Origin: an uncultured cyanobacterium
GTDB lineage: Bacteria; Cyanobacteriota; Cyanobacteriia; Cyanobacteriales; CAWUOF01
Assembly (NCBI GenBank): GCA_963744145.1
Contig: CAVUSO010000001.1
Coordinates: 5,440,001-5,504,000 of the forward strand
Reading direction: 5' to 3'
Length of the DNA: 64,000 nt
In this document: piece after piece, positions 60,306-64,000 of the stretch
Layout: each line of letters begins with the position of its first letter
How positions within the stretch are numbered: position 1 is the first letter of the stretch
Made by a program: the position numbers and the translations under genes
The notes under the pieces: model-generated
Told to the model about the DNA's origin: nothing
Databases searched by the model: none
The model's input: the letters and a program-made list of their open reading frames with translations, nothing else

Positions 60306-60560
60306 TATATGATATATACTTACTCTTTTTAAAAAAAGTGACAAAAGTAATATTTTTATGAAAAAATCAAGAATATTATACTAGGAAAATAGTCTGAGTG
60401 AGCAGCAATAAAAAAAAGGAACTTTGCTAGAGTTCCTTTTCATCCAGGGTAATAACACAAGCATTTTTACAATATATACATTAGTCGGTTAATTAGTAGT
60501 ATCAAAAGTCATTAGTTTAAGTAGGATAAAAGTCATAGTTATGAGGGAGACTAGATTTAA

Positions 60561-61139
60561 CTAATTCCAGATTTTTTCTAAATTGATCACCAAACCCAGT
60601 AACACATTTTCACCGGATAAGGTAGATGGAGATTTGAGAATTTCTACTTCTTGACCAGGACGATAAATTTCTACTTCTTGTTTTTTTCGGTTGATCAACC
60701 ACCCCAAACGACAGCCATTTTCGCGGTATTCTTTCATTTTTTCTTGAGTATTTTTTAAGCTATCACTGGGAGAAAGCAGTTCAATCACAAAATCAGGACA
60801 TAAAGGAATAAATTTTTCTTTTTCTTCAATACTCAAACTTTCCCATCGACTTATTTCGATCCAAGATACATCTGGAGAACGATTTGCTCCATTAGGGAGA
60901 ATAAAACCCGTGGAAGAATCAAATACCTCCCCAAGATGATATTGCTCATTCCATAACTCTACTTGGACAATTAACTTAACATTTTTTCGACCACTTTCTC
61001 CCCCTGTAGGTGCCATAATAATTAATTCACCTTTAGCATTACGCTCAAATTTTAAATCAGAATTTTCTTGACAGAGTTGATAAAACTCTGCATTAGTTAG
61101 ATTGATTACAGAGTTGAGGTTTACAGTTATCGCATTCAT
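60561..61139 (-). CDS. Uma2-family putative endonuclease
   Basis: FERNAKGELIIM; FDSSTGF; RSPDVSW; CPDFVIELLSPSD. Confidence 0.92.
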   Translation of the reverse strand: MNAITVNLNSVINLTNAEFYQLCQENSDLKFERNAKGELIIMAPTGGESGRKNVKLIVQVELWNEQYHLGEVFDSSTGFILPNGANRSPDVSWIEISRWESLSIEEKEKFIPLCPDFVIELLSPSDSLKNTQEKMKEYRENGCRLGWLINRKKQEVEIYRPGQEVEILKSPSTLSGENVLLGLVINLEKIWN

Positions 61140-61164
61140 TTATTTTGACTCTGAATTAGACAAA

Positions 61165-61971
61165 TCATGATAAAGGTGCGATCACTGATGTAAATAGGGG
61201 AATTAGTTCAGGTTGACTAACCACTAAAGTTGGATAATTGCGATCGCGATAATTTTGACCAATTTCCAGAGGAAAAATTGGTGTTGATTCTAAGGGGTGC
61301 CAAACTCCATTTGCGGCTTTAACTATCACCCAAGCTGCGGCAATATCCCAAATTTTGGGTGTTGCTTCTATTCCTCCTAATGTCAATCCAGCAGCGACCA
61401 TTAGAAAGTTATAACTCGCTACTCCTAACATTCTAATTTTAGTCGGAAAAGGATGTTTAATTGCAGAAATACTCCGGGAACAAAAACTAAAAAAGTGATT
61501 TCCAGAAGGAGCATCTTGACTGGTATAAATCCGAGCAGACTTGAAAAAAGCACCTTGAGGTAAATTAAGGTTGTTTTGCTCATCCCAAAAACCATGAAAG
61601 GTCTGATTGAGTGGTGGTAAAGAAATATAACCGAAAACGGGTGTTCCTTGGTAAAGTAAAGCTAGACATATTCCCCAAATTGGAATTCCCCGGGCAAAAT
61701 TGGTAGTACCATCTAAAGGATCAATAATCCAGCACCAGTCGGAGTGGGGAAATATATGTTGACTTTCTTCACTTAAAATTCCATGAGTAGGAAAAGCATT
61801 CGCGATCGCTGCTCGAATTTCTTGATCTGCCCATTGATCTGATGCTGTTACTAACGAACCATCGGCTTTTTCTGCTGCTTGAACTTGACCAAAATCTGCC
61901 ATTAATTGGTTACCAACCTTAGCACAAGTTGCCTCAGCAAAAGTTAAAATTACAGTAAAAAAGTCATTCAT
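61165..61971 (-). CDS. Inositol monophosphatase family protein (start probably ATG 61971)
   Basis: ILSEE; WIIDPLDGTTNF; WDIAA. Confidence 0.93.
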   Translation of the reverse strand: MNDFFTVILTFAEATCAKVGNQLMADFGQVQAAEKADGSLVTASDQWADQEIRAAIANAFPTHGILSEESQHIFPHSDWCWIIDPLDGTTNFARGIPIWGICLALLYQGTPVFGYISLPPLNQTFHGFWDEQNNLNLPQGAFFKSARIYTSQDAPSGNHFFSFCSRSISAIKHPFPTKIRMLGVASYNFLMVAAGLTLGGIEATPKIWDIAAAWVIVKAANGVWHPLESTPIFPLEIGQNYRDRNYPTLVVSQPELIPLFTSVIAPLS

Positions 61972-63388
61972 TGATAACACCTTGCATCACCGATGCGATC
62001 GCTTGTTTAGCATTGGTACGAAATTCTACCACATTAACTTGATTAAGCAAGGTGACAGCACCAATCATCCCTAATCCAGATACCGCAAATACTAATCCAT
62101 AAGCCAAAACTGGGATCGAAAATAAAGAACGACCTAAATCTAGTAATGCTCCTCCCGAGACAGTCGCGATCGCTTGAGATATTGCTTGTGCTAATCCCCA
62201 AGCACCTAGAAAAGTTCCTGCTGTTTCTGCTGCGGTTAAATCTAACATTAAACTAACTGCGGAATTAGTCATGATTCCGGAAGCTATTCCAAACAAAAAC
62301 AAACTAATTTTGAGGACTATTACATTAGCGGTGAAACCAGCAGCAATTAATAATCCAAAACTACTTGTTACTAACCAGCATCCGATCCGAGCTGTGGTCA
62401 TTTTCCCTAAGCGTGGGATGATGAAAAAACCAGTTATACTCATTCCTATTAATACACCAGTACCCCAAAAAGCATGTAAAGCTGCACCTTGAGCTACACT
62501 CATTCCAAATACTTCTCCACCATAAGGTTCTAAAATTGGTTGTTGTAAGAACAAGCAAATGGTCATTAATGAGAGAAAACTAAAAAATAGTCCAGTTTGA
62601 CGACTAGCGGTCAAAACTTTTAAAGCTATACTTAAAGTAATTCTATCTTCTCGGTTTACTATCATGGAGCGAGAACTATATTGTGAATATTTATTTTCTA
62701 CTCCTATAGTCCCGATCAATCCCAAGCTAACGACCAGCAAAGGTAAAATAATAAACAAATGATTTACGGATGTTTGTAAAGTTTGGAGAGTTAATGATTC
62801 TAATAATTTTTTACTAATAATTGCACCAGCTACAATACCGACCATTAACATCGACCAAACAACTCCGACTAATTTAGAGCGATTGTTTTCCTCAGAAACA
62901 TCTACTAAAAGAGCTGCAAAAGGAGTAGAACTTAAACAAATACAAAGACCATATAAAGCTAACATTAAAGCTAAAGCTGCTGCCCAAATAGTGCTGTCTA
63001 AATTCCAGCCAGCACTGATACTAGCACCTAATTGCCATAGAATTTGCACTGCTGAAAATATGCAAATTACTAAAAAAGACAATCCTGTCCAAATATATCC
63101 CGTCCGATGATAACCCCAGAGTTTTTTACTGTCAGACATTTGTCCAAACCAGACTCGTGCTGGAGCTACAAATTGACTCATCGCTAAGATCGCTCCACTA
63201 ATTGTAGCTGGTACAGCTAATAATTTTGGATCAATCATGACTCGACTAAGTACCCCCATGACTAAGACAGACATCATTCCTAAACCCATCTGAAATAGTC
63301 CCAAGCGAAACATGGTTAATAAATTAATCTGGGAGACTTGTTTTTCTGCATCTTCTAGGTATAAATTGGGTAAATCATCTTTTGCCAT
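61964..63388 (-). CDS. PucC/BCD-family MFS protein
   Basis: MFRLGLFQMGLG; PARVWFGQMSD; ILEPYGG; AGTFLGAWG. Confidence 0.88.
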   Translation of the reverse strand: MAKDDLPNLYLEDAEKQVSQINLLTMFRLGLFQMGLGMMSVLVMGVLSRVMIDPKLLAVPATISGAILAMSQFVAPARVWFGQMSDSKKLWGYHRTGYIWTGLSFLVICIFSAVQILWQLGASISAGWNLDSTIWAAALALMLALYGLCICLSSTPFAALLVDVSEENNRSKLVGVVWSMLMVGIVAGAIISKKLLESLTLQTLQTSVNHLFIILPLLVVSLGLIGTIGVENKYSQYSSRSMIVNREDRITLSIALKVLTASRQTGLFFSFLSLMTICLFLQQPILEPYGGEVFGMSVAQGAALHAFWGTGVLIGMSITGFFIIPRLGKMTTARIGCWLVTSSFGLLIAAGFTANVIVLKISLFLFGIASGIMTNSAVSLMLDLTAAETAGTFLGAWGLAQAISQAIATVSGGALLDLGRSLFSIPVLAYGLVFAVSGLGMIGAVTLLNQVNVVEFRTNAKQAIASVMQGVINE

Positions 63389-63590
63389 AACTACTTCTCC
63401 AAAAAAATATTACTTTATCTATTTTCTGATTAAAAAGTTAAACTTGATCAATATCTTTGAGCCGATGGTCTAAAAATTCTAGTGATTGACCGAGGTATGG
63501 AGCGGTTTTCTGCTAAACAAGTTGGTAGTAAGTGCAATATTTTCTTGATTGTCATCGCTTACTACCAACAATATACTGCTAATCTTGCTA

Positions 63591-64000
63591 CTAGAAAATC
63601 TGAATATCACTACCAGCCAAATTTCCTCCTGCTAATTGCAGAAAAATTCCACCTTTAAAAGCAACTAAACCAGAGGTCGGATCAAAAAGAATTTGTCCAT
63701 TATTAAGTGAAGTGCCAGAAAAATTACCATTTGCTGGTAAAGCTCCAGGACTACTAATGAACGTATAAGTGCTATTTGCTAAGAAATCAGAAGATAGATC
63801 AATGCGAGAGACTCCAGTTTGGAAACCGGTAATTGTATCAGCCTTAGCTGAGGTCTGTCCAGCACCGATAAATGTCGATGTCGTACCACCAAAGAGAAAT
63901 GTATCAGCCCCATTACCACCAACTAACAGATTACCAGAACCGCGCGGTGCTAACAGATCATTTCCATCACCACCATTTAAAGTTTCTGCACCACTACCAC
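63591..64000 (-). CDS. C-terminus of an RTX/hemolysin-type Ca-binding protein (runs off the window)
   Basis: Manual translation GSGAETLNGGDGNDLL...LVGGNGADTFLF...ADTITGFQTG...GSDIQIF*. Confidence 0.8.
   Translation of the reverse strand, partial: GSGAETLNGGDGNDLLAPRGSGNLLVGGNGADTFLFGGTTSTFIGAGQTSAKADTITGFQTGVSRIDLSSDFLANSTYTFISSPGALPANGNFSGTSLNNGQILFDPTSGLVAFKGGIFLQLAGGNLAGSDIQIF

Overview
Cyanobacterial chromosomal DNA. Evidence: abundant HIP1 octamer GCGATCGC, plus psaE, ndhO, psb34-like, hli, hpnH and the lysA-cdaA-uppS block. Most of the window is ordinary housekeeping, envelope and signalling genes, interspersed with nested non-autonomous repeats (MITEs, REP-like hairpins, ~24-nt small dispersed repeats). 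I saw no rRNA, tRNA, CRISPR array or intact transposase. Best leads: (1) a 163-aa helical ORF ending in A_AAA_AAG that would be fused by a -1 frameshift to a start-less, membrane-anchored NACHT NTPase (1727-4176); (2) a decaying island at about 19.7-26.2 kb whose intact core is an archaeal RaSEA/TIGR01210-like radical SAM gene, an FGE-domain gene and an unknown ORF, with MATE and LysE exporters and remnants of a JmjC oxygenase and a flavin amine oxidase; (3) a multi-stem RNA leader before a DUF2993 gene; (4) a back-to-back pair of TAAATCC-N16-CGTT promoters beside an ECF sigma/anti-sigma pair; (5) a secreted tandem-domain protein ending VRALW plus an L,D-transpeptidase, lying between tldD and tldE; (6) an orphan-terminator sRNA candidate near hli. 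All family calls are by-eye motif recognition; no searches were run.
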